A stretch of 64,000 nucleotides of DNA from an uncultured Planctomycetota bacterium (GTDB taxonomy: Bacteria; Planctomycetota; Planctomycetia; Pirellulales; Lacipirellulaceae): positions 246,801-310,800 of the forward strand of contig CAVRBU010000006.1 in NCBI GenBank assembly GCA_963719315.1, read 5' to 3'. Below the pieces are notes generated by a model, which ran no database searches, was not told the origin of the DNA, and worked only from the letters and a program-made list of their open reading frames with translations. Below are positions 9,693 to 24,325 of this stretch, piece after piece. The translations under genes were made by a program, and so were the position numbers. Position 1 is the stretch's first letter, and every line of letters begins with the position of its first letter.

Positions 9693-10158
9693 TCACAAAT
9701 CCTTTGCCATGCACACGCTGAGATCGGGGTGCGGCGTGTGCAGGTATTCGCCGTAGAGCGGAATTCGAATGAAGCCGGCGCGTTCGTACAGGGTAATGGC
9801 TTCGGGTTGGCGGGGGCCTGTTTCGAGAACAAGGCGGCGGGCGCCGAGGCGGCGGGCTTCCTCTTCGAGCGTTTCGAGGATCAGCCGGCCGACGCCCTGG
9901 CCGCGGCGCTAGGGGCCACATACATCCGTTTGATCTCGGCCACGCCTGGCTCGGTGCGGCGCACGGCGCCACAGCCGACGGGCTCGCCAGCAAGGTAAGC
10001 GATGAAGAAGCCGCCGCGGCCTTCGGCTACTTCGTCGGCATTGAGTCGGAAGAAATTGGCGCCGTCCTCCGGATAGCGATCCTCTAACTCGGCGTTCAGG
10101 CGCGGATAAGTTGTTGAGCGATTGCGGACATCAGGTCCGCGCGGAGGAGTTCGACCAT
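9693..10158 (-). CDS. GNAT family N-acetyltransferase (frameshifted, not in the ORF track as one piece)
   Basis: Manual translation: EPVGCGAVRR...AEIKRMYV...RGQGVGRLIL...LVLETGPRQPEAITLYERAGF...SVCMAKDL. Confidence 0.8.
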
Positions 10159-10220
10159 GGGATTGTCAAAAGCGTTCGCAGTCAAATGTGTCGATTCTTT
10201 GGTCATCGATCTCGCAGCTT

Positions 10221-11724
10221 TCAAGCGAGTATGTCTCTCACGACATTCCCATGCACGTCGGTCAGCCGGTAGTGTCTGCCCTGGTATTTGAAAGTTAGCT
10301 GGGTGTGATCGACGCCCAAGAGGTACAGGATCGTGGCTTGCAGGTCGTGGACGTGGACCGCGCCGGGCGTGAATTTGTCTTTGGTGGGCGAGATCGGGTT
10401 GCCGCTTGAGTCGGCGATGTTGTAGCCGTAGTCGTCGGTGCGGCCGTAGGTGAGGCCGGGTTTGATGCCGCCGCCGGCGAGCCAGACGGTGAAGCAGCGG
10501 GGGTGATGGTCGCGGCCGTAATCGGTGGCGGTGAGCTTGCCTTGCGAGTAGCAAGTGCGGCCGAATTCGCCGCCCCACACGACGAGCGTGTCGTCCAGCA
10601 TGCCGCGTTGCTTGAGGTCGATCAACAGCGCGGCCGAGGCCTGGTCGGTTTCCCCACACTGGTTGCGGATGCCGGCGGGTAAGTTGTCGTGGTGATCCCA
10701 GCCCTGGTGATAAAGTTGTATGAATCGCACGTCGCGTTCGGCCAGCCGGCGGGCCAGCAGGCAGTTGGCCGCGAACGTGCCGGGCGTCTGGCTATCGGGC
10801 CCGTACAAGTCGAACGTCGATTGCGATTCGGTAGAGAGGTCTGTCACTTCCGGCACGCTGGTTTGCATGCGGAACGCCATTTCATATTGCGCGATTCGCG
10901 ATTCGATTTCTGGATCCAGCTCCTGGGCGAACTGGTGGCGATTCAGTGTGTTGAGTTCGATCGAGCATTGCACTGCGGCCGGAGCGGCAGATGCCATCGG
11001 GGTTGCTTAGGTACAAAACGGGGTCCTTGCCGGGGCGAAGCTGCACGCCCTGATACTTCGAATCCAGGAAGCCGCTGCCCCACAACCGGGAGTACAACGG
11101 CTGGCCGCCCTGGTTGGCGGAGACGAGCACGATGAACGACGGGAGGTCGGCGTTAATCGAGCCCAGACCGTACGAGAGCCACGCGCCCATCGAAGGCCGG
11201 CCGGCAATTTGCGAGCCGGTTTGGAAAAACGTGATCGCCGGGTCGTGGTTGATGGCCTCGGTGAACATCGACTTCACGAAGCAGACATCGTCTACGATCT
11301 GGCGGTGATAGGGGAGCAACTCGCTGAGCCACGCGCCGGACTGTCCGTGCTGCGCGAATTTGAAGATCGAGCCGGCGAGCGGAATCGACGCCTGTTGGGC
11401 CGACATTCCGGTGAGGCGTTGCCCGCCGCGCACGCGGTCGGGCAGTTGCTCTCCGTTCTTCTCGTTGAGGAGCGGCTTGTAATCGAAGAGGTCTTGCTGA
11501 GCGGGGCCGCCGGCTTGGAATAAATAGATGACGCGCTTGACGCGCGGCGGGAATTGCAGGTTCGAGATGCTGCGGGACGACGGCGCGGCGGCAGCTGCGG
11601 CGCCGGTTGCCGATACGCGGAGCATCGCGGCCAGTGCTATCCCGCCAATACCGGCGGCTGAGGAGCCAAAAAAATGGCGGCGGGTGACGCGCTCCAGGTT
11701 TTCGATGGGATGTGGCTCGTGCAT
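10221..11724 (-). CDS. DUF1501 family protein (frameshift near 10950)
   Basis: Tat-like [47 protein letters not shown]. Confidence 0.88.
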
Positions 11725-11739
11725 CGTATTGATTTCCTA

Positions 11740-14700
11740 CTACCGCTCGACGATCGTGGCGTCGAGATTGAGGATCGACTGACAGACGACCGTTAGTGCC
11801 GCGAGGTTTGCCGGCGGCAATTTCGAATCCAGCTTCGCATCGCCGAGATGGAGGAAGTCGGCTACATCTTTCTGTCCGGCTTTCGTAAAAACTTCAACTT
11901 GCTCGGTATACAGGTCGGTCAGCAGGGCAAGTTCGGTAGCATCCGGATGGCGGCCGGTAAGCCGCAAATAGACCTCGTCAATTTGTTGGTCCAGAGCGGA
12001 ATGCGCTTTGGACGTGATGCACGCCAGGGCGCGTGCCGCTTCGACGAATTGCACGTCGTTCAACAGGACGAGCGCTTGGAGCGGCGTGTTCGTGCGGCTA
12101 CGAGAAACCGTGCACACTTCGCGCGTCGGCGCGTCGAACGCCGCCATGTTGGGCAGAGGCGCCGTGCGCTTCCAAACGGAGTACAACGAACGACGATATA
12201 AATCCTTTCCAACCGATTGGTGGTACGCGGGCGACATGCTGTTGGCTTCGCGCCACAGATCCTCGCCCGGCTGATAGGGCGATACGGGCGGGCCGCCCAT
12301 GCGTCGGTCGAGCAGGCCAGAGGCCGCGAGCGCGGCGTCGCGGATTTCTTCCCCTTCCAGGCGACGACTTGGGCCGCGCGCCAGCAGTCGGTTTTCTGGA
12401 TCGCGCGCCCGGAGCTCCGGCGGGCAGCGTGAATCCTGCTGATAGGTTGCCGAGAGCACGATCGTCCGACATAGGCGTTTAATGTCCCAACCGTGGTCAA
12501 TGAAATCGCGGGCTAGCCAATCGAGCAACTCGGGATGCGTCGGCAACGCGCCTTGTTGGCCAAAATTCTCGGGAGTGGATACAATCCCGCGGCCGAAGAA
12601 ATTGGCCCACAAGCGATTCACAAATACTCGAGCGGTGAGCGGATGACGAGGGTCGGTGAGCCATTCCGCCAGGCCAAGTCGATTCCGAGGCGCTTGCGGC
12701 GGAAACGGAATCAGAATTTTAGAGAACGTATCGCGTCCGACGCGGTTCGCGTCCGTCTTCGGCGCATCGTAAGCGCCGCGAGTTAGAATGTACGTCGGCC
12801 GCGGCTCCGGCAGCTCCTGCATCACGGAAACTTCCTGCAAAGTTTCTTCCAGATCGACCAGCTCGTGCCGGGCATCGCGGAGGGTTTGCGTCGCATTGCG
12901 GGCATTCTCGTCAATGGCTGTAAAGTAATAATCGGCGAGAGCATCGCGATGCAACTTTTTATCGGCCAACGCGCCTTTGAGAGAAACTCCATCGTGAAGG
13001 GTTTGGATTTCCAGCAGTGGTAGAGCGCGTCCATAAATTCGAAATTCGTCGAAATCGCCGTTCCTAAAGCCCCGGTCGCGGAAGCGCTCGCCGATCATTA
13101 GTTTGCCTGCGCCGTACGTGGGCACTGAGGCCTTTTTATAGATGTGGTCGCGAAGAACGTCGGTGGGCTGCTGCTTGCCGTCCACGAACAGCTTCAGGCC
13201 GCTGGCGGTGCTTGAGCCGTCGTACGAGACGGCAATGTGTTGCCACTTTTTCGATGCGATGGGCTGCTGAGATCGCACGCCGATGCCGTTGCCGGGCCAA
13301 ATCCGATAGAGCCGAGCTTCGAGGATGCCGCCGTGCAGCATCAGGTCGAAGCCGTTAAAACCAACGTCGGTGCCAAACGTGCGCTGGAGCACTACGACGG
13401 GTTGCTGGTTCACCTCGTTGTCGCGAATCCAGAAGTCGAGCGTGAAGGGGTCCCAGCGATCGGATTCGAAAACGCCCGTGAAGGTCGCTCCTTTATCGCC
13501 GTCAAGGTGAAGTCCTTGCCGGCGAATACCCGCAACGCGTTGGACACCGGCAGCGGAGCCCTTTCCCATTCCGCCAGGCGCCTCGTTGTTGAGTGCCGCT
13601 GATTCTCCGTCGAACGAAAAGTACGCCTGCAAATCGACATCAGCCACCGGCGATGCGGCGGCGAGCCAATCGTCGAAACGCTGCCGACCATCGGCGATTG
13701 TTTTTTGCAGCGTCGCTTCTGCCTGAGTGATCTTTTGACGCACGGCCGCAAGTTGTTTCTCTTGCTCGCCCGTTGGCAAGAGCAGCGATGGAGCGGGCAC
13801 TTTAGACTGGTGATCGTACAAACCGTTTTCGTCGATCGAATTGAAAAACGCGGTCAGCGAATAATAGTCGCGCATCGTCAACGAATCATATTTATGGTCA
13901 TGGCAACGGCAGCATTCGACTGTTAAGCCTAAGATCGCGGTACCCAGCGTGTGGACGCGGTCGGAGACACCTTCGGTGCGAAATTCTTCAGCGATACTGC
14001 CGCCTTCGTTCGTCATCCGGTTGAGGCGGTTGAAGGCAGTGGCCAGAATTTGGTCGCGAGTGGGATTCGCGAGCAAATCGCCCGCCAACTGCCAGGTAAG
14101 AAACTTGTCGTACGGCAAATTGTTGTTGAGCGCACGAACAACCCAATCGCGATACGGCCAAGCGGTGTTGAGTTGATCGGATTGATAGCCGTAGGAATCG
14201 GCGTACCGGGCCGCATCGAGCCAGGCGACCGCCATGTGTTCGCCGAAGGCGGGGCTCGCTAGCAGACGATCGATGACAGCGGCGTACGCGGATTCGACAT
14301 TCGCCGCGGCTGCTCGTTCGAATTCGCGACATTCCTCGGGCGTCGGCGGCAAGCCGGTTAAGTCGAGCGTCACGCGGCGCAGTAAACGCAGCGGCGCTGC
14401 CGCCTTGGCAGGTTGCAGCTTCTTGGATTCCAATCGCGCCAGAACAAGATTATCCAGCGGCTGTCGCGGCCAGGAATCGTCGCCGACCTGCGGAACCGCG
14501 ATCTTTTCGGGCAGCGGTTGAAACGCCCAGTGCTCGGCGAATACCGCGCCCTCGGCAACCCAACGTCGGAGCAGTTCTTTCTGCTCGGGTGAGAGTGAGA
14601 GATTCGAATCGGGCGGCGGCATCCGTTCATCATCATCTTCGCTGAAAATCCGCGTGATGATCTCGCTTTTTTCCGGATTGCCGGGCGCGACGATCTTGCC

Positions 14701-14901
14701 GGTGATCCCTTCTCGCGTGTCGAGCCGCAAATCGGCTTGGCGGGCTTCCGCGTCGGGCCCGTGGCAACGGAAGCACTTATCGGAAAGAATCGGGCGGATG
14801 TCGCGGCCGTACGACACTGGCGGCCGCGTATCGGCGATCGCAAATTGCGTAACTGCAAGGCAGCATACGCCGGCAAACAGAATTGTCGTGCGACTTCTCA
14901 T
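11740..14901 (-). CDS. DUF1549/DUF1553 (PSD1) protein with planctomycete cytochrome c and LamG-like insert
   Basis: [62 protein letters not shown]amG-like segment. Confidence 0.9.
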   Translation of the reverse strand: MRSRTTILFAGVCCLAVTQFAIADTRPPVSYGRDIRPILSDKCFRCHGPDAEARQADLRLDTREGITGKIVAPGNPEKSEIITRIFSEDDDERMPPPDSNLSLSPEQKELLRRWVAEGAVFAEHWAFQPLPEKIAVPQVGDDSWPRQPLDNLVLARLESKKLQPAKAAAPLRLLRRVTLDLTGLPPTPEECREFERAAAANVESAYAAVIDRLLASPAFGEHMAVAWLDAARYADSYGYQSDQLNTAWPYRDWVVRALNNNLPYDKFLTWQLAGDLLANPTRDQILATAFNRLNRMTNEGGSIAEEFRTEGVSDRVHTLGTAILGLTVECCRCHDHKYDSLTMRDYYSLTAFFNSIDENGLYDHQSKVPAPSLLLPTGEQEKQLAAVRQKITQAEATLQKTIADGRQRFDDWLAAASPVADVDLQAYFSFDGESAALNNEAPGGMGKGSAAGVQRVAGIRRQGLHLDGDKGATFTGVFESDRWDPFTLDFWIRDNEVNQQPVVVLQRTFGTDVGFNGFDLMLHGGILEARLYRIWPGNGIGVRSQQPIASKKWQHIAVSYDGSSTASGLKLFVDGKQQPTDVLRDHIYKKASVPTYGAGKLMIGERFRDRGFRNGDFDEFRIYGRALPLLEIQTLHDGVSLKGALADKKLHRDALADYYFTAIDENARNATQTLRDARHELVDLEETLQEVSVMQELPEPRPTYILTRGAYDAPKTDANRVGRDTFSKILIPFPPQAPRNRLGLAEWLTDPRHPLTARVFVNRLWANFFGRGIVSTPENFGQQGALPTHPELLDWLARDFIDHGWDIKRLCRTIVLSATYQQDSRCPPELRARDPENRLLARGPSRRLEGEEIRDAALAASGLLDRRMGGPPVSPYQPGEDLWREANSMSPAYHQSVGKDLYRRSLYSVWKRTAPLPNMAAFDAPTREVCTVSRSRTNTPLQALVLLNDVQFVEAARALACITSKAHSALDQQIDEVYLRLTGRHPDATELALLTDLYTEQVEVFTKAGQKDVADFLHLGDAKLDSKLPPANLAALTVVCQSILNLDATIVER

Positions 14902-15030
14902 ACGGGCCGCCTGAAGTTCACCAAGGTGACGAAATCTGTAGCCTGTCGTCGGCCAATTTGCTTTGGTTGCCGTCTGATCGCGGAAGGACCTATAATAAAG
15001 GTTCGTCGTGACGCGCAGGTAGGAGACGGC

Positions 15031-16965
15031 ATGCGGGCAGGCTCTTATTATCGCTGGGAATGGGCGTCCAAGGCAACCGTTTGGTTGGCTGCTCTCGGAG
15101 CCGTGAAAACCGCGTGTGGAGCTGAAGTCGCGGCCCCATTCGACTTCGCCCACCGGGCGGTGCCGATCCTTAAACAGCACTGCGTCGAGTGCCACGGTGG
15201 GCATCGCCACGAGGGCGATTTTTCGATTAATACGCGAGAATTAATTCTTGACGCGGGCGCAATCGAGCCCGGCAATTCGGCCGACTCGCACCTGATTGAG
15301 CTCGTTACGTCTGACGACAAGGACGAACGGATGCCCAAGGACAAGCCGCCCCTCTCGGCAAAGGACATTAAGACTCTGCGGGAATGGATCGACGCCGGAG
15401 CGCCGTGGGAATCGGGTTTCACATTTGCCGCGCTGGACTACGATCCGCCGCTCCGGCCGCGTCGTCCAGAGCTGCCGCCCGCAAGCGACGGCCGAACCAA
15501 CCCGGTCGATCGCATTCTGGATGCCTACTTGCAGCAACACAAAGTTGCGCGGCCAGCGCCGCTCGATGATGCGGCGTTCTTGCGACGAGTTTATTTGGAC
15601 ATCGTGGGCCTCCTGCCAACGTCGGACCAATTTCATAAGTTTCTGGAAAATGACAACCCGGCCAAACGCGAACAAGCAATTGATGAGTTGCTTGCCAATA
15701 GGCAAGCGTATGCCGAGCACTGGCTGTCGTTCTGGAACGATCTGTTGCGGAACGATTACCAGGGGACGGGTTACATCGACGGCGGCCGCAAGCAAATCAG
15801 CGCGTGGTTGTATCATGCGCTGTTGGACAACAAACCTTACGATCAGTTTGCCCGCGAGTTGATCGCACCGTCGCCCGAGTCGGAAGGTTTCATCGATGGC
15901 ATCAAGTGGCGCGGCAACGTCAACGCCAGCCAGAAGCGGGAAGTTCAATTTGCACAGAGTGTGGGCCAGGTGTTTCTGGGCCTGAACATGAAGTGTGCTT
16001 CGTGCCACGACAGTTTCATCGATCGTTGGAAGCTGTCGGAAACGTATGGTCTCGCCGCGATCTATGCCGACGCGCCGCTGGAAATGTATCGCTGCGACAA
16101 GCCCACGGGAAAAATGGCCCAGGCGGCGTGGCTGTTCCCCGAGTTGGGGCAAATCGACGCCGCGGCGCCGAAGGAACAGCGTCTGAAGCGTTTGGCCGAA
16201 TTGATGACCGACCGCGAAGATGGCCGCTTCACGCGGACGATCGTCAATCGCATTTGGCACCGGATGATGGGCCGGGGCATTGTGCATCCAGTGGACGCGA
16301 TGCAGACGCCGCCGTGGAGCGCCGACCTGTTGGACTACTTGGCAGTCGATCTTGCAGACAACGGCTACGATCTGAAGCGGACGATTCGCTTGATCGCTAG
16401 CTCCAGTGCGTATCAGTCGCAAGCGCTGTGCGCTCGACGCCCAGCCGACTGGACCTGAATTTGTGTACGCGGGGCCAATCGCGAAGCGGATGACGGCCGA
16501 GGAGTTCATGGACGCGTTGTGGCAAATAACGGCGACGGGGCCCAAAGAACCCAACAAAACCGTGGCTGCGTTTTTGACTGATGACGAAAAGAAAGGTCGC
16601 AAAACCTATCGCGCTTCGTTGGTGTCGTGCGACTTGCTGATGCGGTCGCTGGGTCGGCCGAATCGCGAGCAGGTGGTATCGGACCGTCCATCGATGCTGA
16701 CGACATTGCAGGCGCTCGACCTATCGAACAGCGAGTTGCTGGCGACGACGCTCGAGCGCGGCGCGCCCATGTTCTCAAACGATTTAAGGGAGAAGACGGC
16801 GCGGCGCTTACGACGTGGCTGTACGAATCTGCCCTGTCGCGGCTGCCCACTAGCTCGGAACGGACTATTGCGAATCAAATTCTCGGATCGCCCATAACCG
16901 AGCAGGGAGTCGAGGACTTGTTGTGGGTCGTTATGATGTTGCCGGAATTTCAGATCATTCGATGA
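15031..16965 (+). CDS. DUF1549/DUF1553 protein with cytochrome c domain (frameshifts near 16440 and 16770)
   Basis: CVECHG, FLRRVYLDIVG, CASCHDS, IVNRIWHRMMGRG, TTLQALDL, EDLLWVVMMLPEFQIIR. Confidence 0.85.
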
Positions 16966-17015
16966 ATAAGCGTTTGCGCGAAAATAGCGAACTGATATAT
17001 CGAAAGGTATTCGCC

Positions 17016-18488
17016 ATGAACGACATGAAACTGAAGCGATACCAGAAACAGGTCGAGACGGCCGCGACGCGGCGGGAGTTTTTGCAGGCGATGGCCGCGG
17101 CGGGCGCCGCGGCGCTCGTGGCGGGCGAGTCGCGGCCGCTGCGCGCCGATTCGACCGGCGCGAAGATCGAACATCCGGTCGCGAAAGCCGACTCGTGTAT
17201 CTTGCTGTGGATGGCCGGCGGCATGGCCGCGCCGGAAACGTTCGACCCGAAGCGCTATCAGCCGTTCGAAGTCGGGTTGCCGGTCGAGAAAGTGATGAGC
17301 ACATTTCCCTCGATCGACACGGCGGTGGACAACATCAAGATTTGCCAAGGGCTAGAGAACATCGCGGGCGTGATGGATCGGGCGACGTTGATCCGGACGC
17401 ACGTGCTGCCCGACTTGGGCCACATCCTGCATTCGCGGCACCAGTACCATTGGCACACGGGATACGTGCCGCCGCAAACGGTGGCCGCGCCGCACATTGG
17501 CGCGTGGATGGCCCGCGTGTTGGGGCCACTCAATCCCGTGATGCCGCCGTTCATCAACATTGGTCAGCGGTTGGAGGGTAACGGCGAGTCCGAAGAGCTT
17601 AAGGCGTTCACGACGGGCGGCTTCTTCGGTTCCGAGTACGGCCCGTTCAATCTGCCGGTGGCCGAAGATGCGATGTTGGCAGTGCGTCCGCCGCAGGGGA
17701 TGGACGCGGGCCGGTTCGAGAATCGCTACCGGCTCTACGAAAAGATGGTGAAGGAGAGTCCACAGACGCGATATGCAAGCGACTATCAACAGCAGTCGAT
17801 GCTAAAGTCGATCGACGCGGCGCACCGGTTGTTGAGTTCCAAGGAGAAAACGGCGTTCGATCTCTCGCTGGAGAAGAAGCCGGCGGCCGACAAGTACGGC
17901 GACAGCAGCTTCGGTCGCGGATGCTTGCTGGCGCGGCGATTAGTCGAGTCGGGCGCGCGTTATATCGAAGTCACGACCGAATACATTCCATTCGTGCATT
18001 GGGACACGCACGAAAACGGCCACGCCACGGCCGAGCAAATGAAACGCGATATCGACCGGCCCGTCACCCAGTTGATTCTCGATCTCGAAGACCGCGGCTT
18101 GTTAGATCGTACACTCGTGATCCTGGCCAGCGAATTCAGCCGCGACATGATGATCGAAGGCGTGCCGGGGAGCACGGCCAAAGACCAGTCGCGCGCGAAA
18201 ACGGATGTGCTCAAACTACCAATCCACTACGGATTGCACCGGCACTTTACGGGTTCGTCGTCGGTGCTCATGTTCGGTGGCGGCACAAAGCGCGGGTTCC
18301 TGTACGGCGAAACGGCGGTCGAGCGGCCATGCTTGGTCACTAAAAACCCGGTGTCGCTCGAGGACCTGCATGCGACAATCATGCACCTGATGGGGATCAG
18401 CCCCAAGACGGCGTTCGACGTCGAACGGCGGCCGTTCTACGTGACGAAGGACGGCAAAGGTCAGCCGATTTGGGATATAATGTCATAG
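17016..18488 (+). CDS. DUF1501 family protein
   Basis: TRREFL Tat motif, ILLWMAGGM..ETFDPK, WDTHEN, SEFSR. Confidence 0.88.
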   Translation: MNDMKLKRYQKQVETAATRREFLQAMAAAGAAALVAGESRPLRADSTGAKIEHPVAKADSCILLWMAGGMAAPETFDPKRYQPFEVGLPVEKVMSTFPSIDTAVDNIKICQGLENIAGVMDRATLIRTHVLPDLGHILHSRHQYHWHTGYVPPQTVAAPHIGAWMARVLGPLNPVMPPFINIGQRLEGNGESEELKAFTTGGFFGSEYGPFNLPVAEDAMLAVRPPQGMDAGRFENRYRLYEKMVKESPQTRYASDYQQQSMLKSIDAAHRLLSSKEKTAFDLSLEKKPAADKYGDSSFGRGCLLARRLVESGARYIEVTTEYIPFVHWDTHENGHATAEQMKRDIDRPVTQLILDLEDRGLLDRTLVILASEFSRDMMIEGVPGSTAKDQSRAKTDVLKLPIHYGLHRHFTGSSSVLMFGGGTKRGFLYGETAVERPCLVTKNPVSLEDLHATIMHLMGISPKTAFDVERRPFYVTKDGKGQPIWDIMS

Positions 18489-18536
18489 CGGCGCTTAGAA
18501 CCTCTAGGATAGACGCGTTTGCCGGAAAGAAGGACT

Positions 18537-18722
18537 ATGACAACTAAAGAAAAGATACTTACTACTATCGAGTCACTCGACGACGATGTGTCGATCGAAC
18601 AGGCAATCGATCGTTTATACCTGCTACAAAAAATTGAAATAGGACAGCAACAGATCGCTGCGGGGCAATTCGTCGATCACGATGAATTCATGAATCAACT
18701 TGAAGCTGAAGAATTGGAATGA
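18537..18722 (+). CDS. Putative antitoxin
   Basis: 61 aa, KIEIGQQQIAAGQFVDHDE; ATGA overlap with a RelE/ParE toxin. Confidence 0.7.
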   Translation: MTTKEKILTTIESLDDDVSIEQAIDRLYLLQKIEIGQQQIAAGQFVDHDEFMNQLEAEELE

Positions 18723-19008
18723 AAATCATATGGAGCGTGCAGTCGCGAAATGATTTGTTCGAAATTCGCAGGTTATTGCTCGCGACTCGCCCATCACGGC
18801 GACGAACTTCGTCCGCCGGTTAAGGACATCTGTAGAGCGGTTGCGAACATTTCCGGAATCGGGGCAGGTTGTACGAGAAGCCGGTAGCTCGAAGATCCGC
18901 GAAATCATTTTTGGGCAGTACCGAATTATTTACGAGTGTGGGTTCAATCGCATTGAAATCCTCGGGGTGTTTCATGGTGCGCGGCTCTTGGACGAAACGC
19001 AGTTTTGA
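18719..19008 (+). CDS. RelE/ParE family toxin (frameshift near 18775)
   Basis: Manual translation MKIIWS...FPESGQVV...IREIIFGQYRIIY...IEILGVFHGAR. Confidence 0.8.
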
Positions 19009-19060
19009 AAAATAGCGCCGACCGATGCAACGCTTGTTTAGTCCGTATTCGAGTTACGAC

Positions 19061-22000
19061 ATGTGTATCCGCTCGTTTTTGTTGATCTGCGCGACGGCGA
19101 GTTGGATTTGCGCGCCTTGTCTGCGCCTTTGATGGCAGCCGCTTCGACGTCGATCGATTTCAATCGCGACGTTCGGCCCATTCTGTCGAACAACTGCTTC
19201 CATTGTCACGGGCCCGATTCGACGGATCGCGAGGCGGACTTGCGGCTCGATTTGCGGGCGGGTGAGGGGGACATCCACGGCGCCGAATCGGTGGTGGACG
19301 CCAAGAATCCCGCCGAGAGCGAGTTGATTAAGCGGATCGCGAGCGACGACCCGGACGAGCACATGCCGCCGCCCGATTCGGGAAAGACACTGACGCCCGC
19401 GCAGATCAAGATTTTGCGCCAATGGGTGGACGAGGGGGCGAAATACCAGAAACATTGGGCGTTTGTCGCGCCGCAGCGCCCCGAGATTCCTGCCGTCAAA
19501 AACAAATCGTGGGTTCGCAATCCGATCGATGCGTTCGTGCTCGCGCGATTAGAGCGAGAAGGCCTGGCGCCATCTCCGCCCGCCAGCCGCAACGCGCTGT
19601 TCCGCCGGCTGTCGTTGGACTTGATCGGATTGCCTCCGACGCTGGAGGAACTGGCGGCGTTCGACTCGCAGGCCGGTGAACATCCCTGCGATGAGCAGAT
19701 CGAGCGGCTGCTTGCCTCGCCACATTTCGGCGAACGGTGGGGGCGGCTTTGGCTCGATGTCGCCCGCTACGCCGATTCGGACGGCTATGAAAAGGACAAG
19801 CCGCGGTTCGTCTGGATGTATCGCGACTGGGTGATTAACTCGCTCAACCAGGACCTTCCGTACAACGAGTTCGTGATCGATCAGATCGCCGGCGACGAGC
19901 TGCCGCAGGCAACGCAGGAGGAGAAGGTCGCGACCGGGTTCTTGCGGAACTCGATGATCAATGAGGAGGGCGGAATCGATCCGGAGCAGTTCCGCATGGA
20001 GGCGATGTACGACCGCATGGACGCCATCGGCAAGGGCATTCTGGGACTGACGATTCAGTGCGCCCAATGTCACACCCACAAGTACGATCCTCTGACGCAG
20101 ACCGAATACTACCAGATGTTCGCGTTCCTCAATAACTGCCACGAGGCGCAGATCAGCGCTTATACGCGCGATCAGCAAGCGGAGTGGCAGGCGACCGAAG
20201 CGCGTCATTCGCACGATAGAAGATCGGCTCCGCGCGGCCAACCCCGATTGGCCGCAGCGAATGGCGGCGTGGGAAGAAAGCGTTCGCAGCAATCAGCCCA
20301 AGTGGACGATCATTCGGCCACCCGACGATTCGACGGGAGACCAGAAGCACTACGTGTTGGATGATGATTCGATTTTGGCCGGTGGCTACGCGCCAACAAA
20401 ATTTACTACGGAATTCACGTGCGATACGAAGTTGCCGAAGATTTCGGGCGTGCGGCTGGAATTGCTGAATGATCCCAACTTGCCGCATGGTGGGCCGGGG
20501 CGCTCGATCTATGGAACTTGTGCGTTGACGGAGTTCAACGTGGATGCGGTTCCTCTCGATCATCCGGACAAGGAACTGAAATTGAAGATCGCCAAAGCGA
20601 CTGCCGACGTCAATCCGCCCGAGCGCGTGCTGGAGAAGGCGTTTGATGATCTCAGCGGCAAGCGGCGTGTGACGGGGCCGATCGAATTTGCCAGTGACGG
20701 CAACGATCTGACGGCCTGGGGCATCGATATCGGCCCCGGTCGCAGCAACGTGCCACACCATGCCGTCTTCAAGTTTGAGAAACCGCTCGAAGCCGACGGC
20801 GGCGTGCGGCTTGACGTTCAAGCTCGTGCAGAACCACGGCGGTTGGAACAGCGACGACAATCAAAACAACAACTTGGGCCGGTTCCGCTTTGCCGTAACG
20901 GAGGCCGATAACCCATCGGCTGATCCGCTGCCGGCCGATGTGCGGGCTATCATCGAGACTCGTGCTGGTAAACGGACCGAGAAGCAGACGGCGCGGGTAT
21001 TCGACTATTGGCGGACAACTGTGCCGGAGTGGCAGGAGGAAAATCGCCGCCTCGAAGCATTGTGGCAAAGTCATCCACAAAGTACCACGCAACTCACGCT
21101 CCAAGAGCGAGATAAAGTGCGCCCGACGCACCGCTTGGAACGCGGTAACTTTCTCGCGCCGGCCGAAGAGGTAAAGCCCGGCGTGCCCGCGTTCCTGCAT
21201 CCGCTCGCGAAGCAAGATCCATCAAACCCGATCGCCACCCGGCTCGATTTCGCGCGCTGGCTATCCGATCGGCGTTCTCCGACAACCGCTCGCTCGATCG
21301 TGAACCGCATCTGGCAAGCCTATTTCGGCACGGGGCTGGTGACGACGGCCGAGGACCTCGGCACGCAAGGCGAACCGCCTTCGAATCCGGAACTTTTGGA
21401 TTGGCTGGCGGTCGAACTCATGGACAACAACTGGAGCCTCAAGCACATTCATCGATTGATCGTGGAATCATCCACGTACTGTCAATCCAGCACGGTGACG
21501 CCACAATTGCAGGAGCGCGATCCGGCGAACCGGCTGTTGGCGCGCGGGCCGCGATATCGGGAGGATGCTGAGATCGTGCGCGACACGGCGCTCGCGGCCA
21601 GCGGATTGTTGAACCCGGCGGTGGGCGGCCCGAGCGTATTTCCGCCGGCGCCGGCGTTCTTGTTCAAGCCGCCGGCCAGCTATGGGCCGAAGACCTGGAT
21701 CGTGGCCACCGGGCCCGATCGGTATCGACGGGGGATTTACACGTTCCGTTTCCGGTCGGTTCCGTATCCGGTGCTGCAAAACTTCGATGCGCCCATCGGC
21801 GAAGTGGCGTGCGCTCGCCGGTCGCGCTCGAACACGCCGCTCCAAGCACTGACGACGCTTAACGAGCCGCTGTTTATGGAATGTGCGCGAGCGCTTGCGC
21901 TGAAACTTGTGCGCGACGGTGGTACGACCGATTCCGAACGGCTTACGAACGCGATCAAGCGATGCCTATCGCGCGAGCCCCAAGGCGACGAACTGAAAGT

Positions 22001-22202
22001 ATTGCAACGCTTCTTGGATCGGCAGCGGCAACGATTTGCTAGCGCCGGCGCCGATCCATGGAAGCTGTTGGTCGATGATGAAACGACGAAACAGAAATTG
22101 TCGGCCGAGATACCGACCAAAACCACTCCGGCCGATCTGGCCGCCTGGACGGCAGTCGCGCGGGTTATTTTGAATCTTGATGAGACGATAACGAAGGAGT
22201 GA
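19061..22202 (+). CDS. DUF1549/DUF1553 (PSD1) protein with planctomycete cytochrome c (several frameshifts)
   Basis: Pieces 19063-20364, 20261-20911, 20760-22202 with [46 protein letters not shown]. Confidence 0.87.
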
Positions 22203-22277
22203 CTATTGTCTGTGGTCCGTTGTTGATTGCATCATATAGTAGACTCAGTTAGCAACGGACAACGGATAACAAATAAC

Positions 22278-23708
<1,431 letters not shown>

Positions 23709-23732
23709 AGTATGCTAGATAGAATAGAATAG

Positions 23733-24030
23733 ATGACGCAGCTAATTCGCGAAGTTGATCCGGCGGAATTGCGACTTCCTTCGAGTCGCGCTGCAGGAGT
23801 GGATATGTGGAAGCTGCACCGTCAGATACGGCAGTTCGGCTCTTCAAAAGATGGTATGCCGGCCTTAAGTTGTGTACGAAGACCCTGACGGCTTGTTGGA
23901 AATCTACGACGGCGTTACTCGCGCGACGCGGATTGCGAAATTAGCGCCCGGTATGACGGTACCCATGATGGTTATCGGCCGAAATCGCAAGAGCCACAAT
24001 AGGTCCAAGCGATTGGGAGACACCCTATGA
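23733..24030 (+). CDS. Small ParB/sulfiredoxin-like fold protein (frameshift near 23870)
   Basis: Manual translation MTQLIREVDPAELRLP...GMP...EIYDGVTRATR; ATGA overlap with next gene. Confidence 0.55.
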
Positions 24031-24260
24031 GCGATTCCGACACACGACAGGATTTGTTCGAGGCAATCCACGCCCTTGGGGACGCCGCCCCCGCGATGCG
24101 AGTTGGTCAATTGATGGCCGTCGTCGGCGAGATTTGCAACGATCTGCATGGCCGTGGCCTGTGGGATGCTGACGATCACGAGCTGCTCGAAGCTATCTGG
24201 AAACTCCAAAACGATATCGAGAACAATCTGAGGGTCGAAGAAGTACATCCGACGCCGTGA
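24027..24260 (+). CDS. Small acidic hypothetical protein, partner of upstream ParB-like gene
   Basis: 77 aa with PAMRVGQL and LWDADDHELLEA; translationally coupled. Confidence 0.6.
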   Translation: MSDSDTRQDLFEAIHALGDAAPAMRVGQLMAVVGEICNDLHGRGLWDADDHELLEAIWKLQNDIENNLRVEEVHPTP

Positions 24261-24325
24261 TGCCTTCGTCGAGTTAAATACTCTTTGTACGCCGGATTGA
24301 CCGGCGCTAATCGCCGGTGCGTGCA

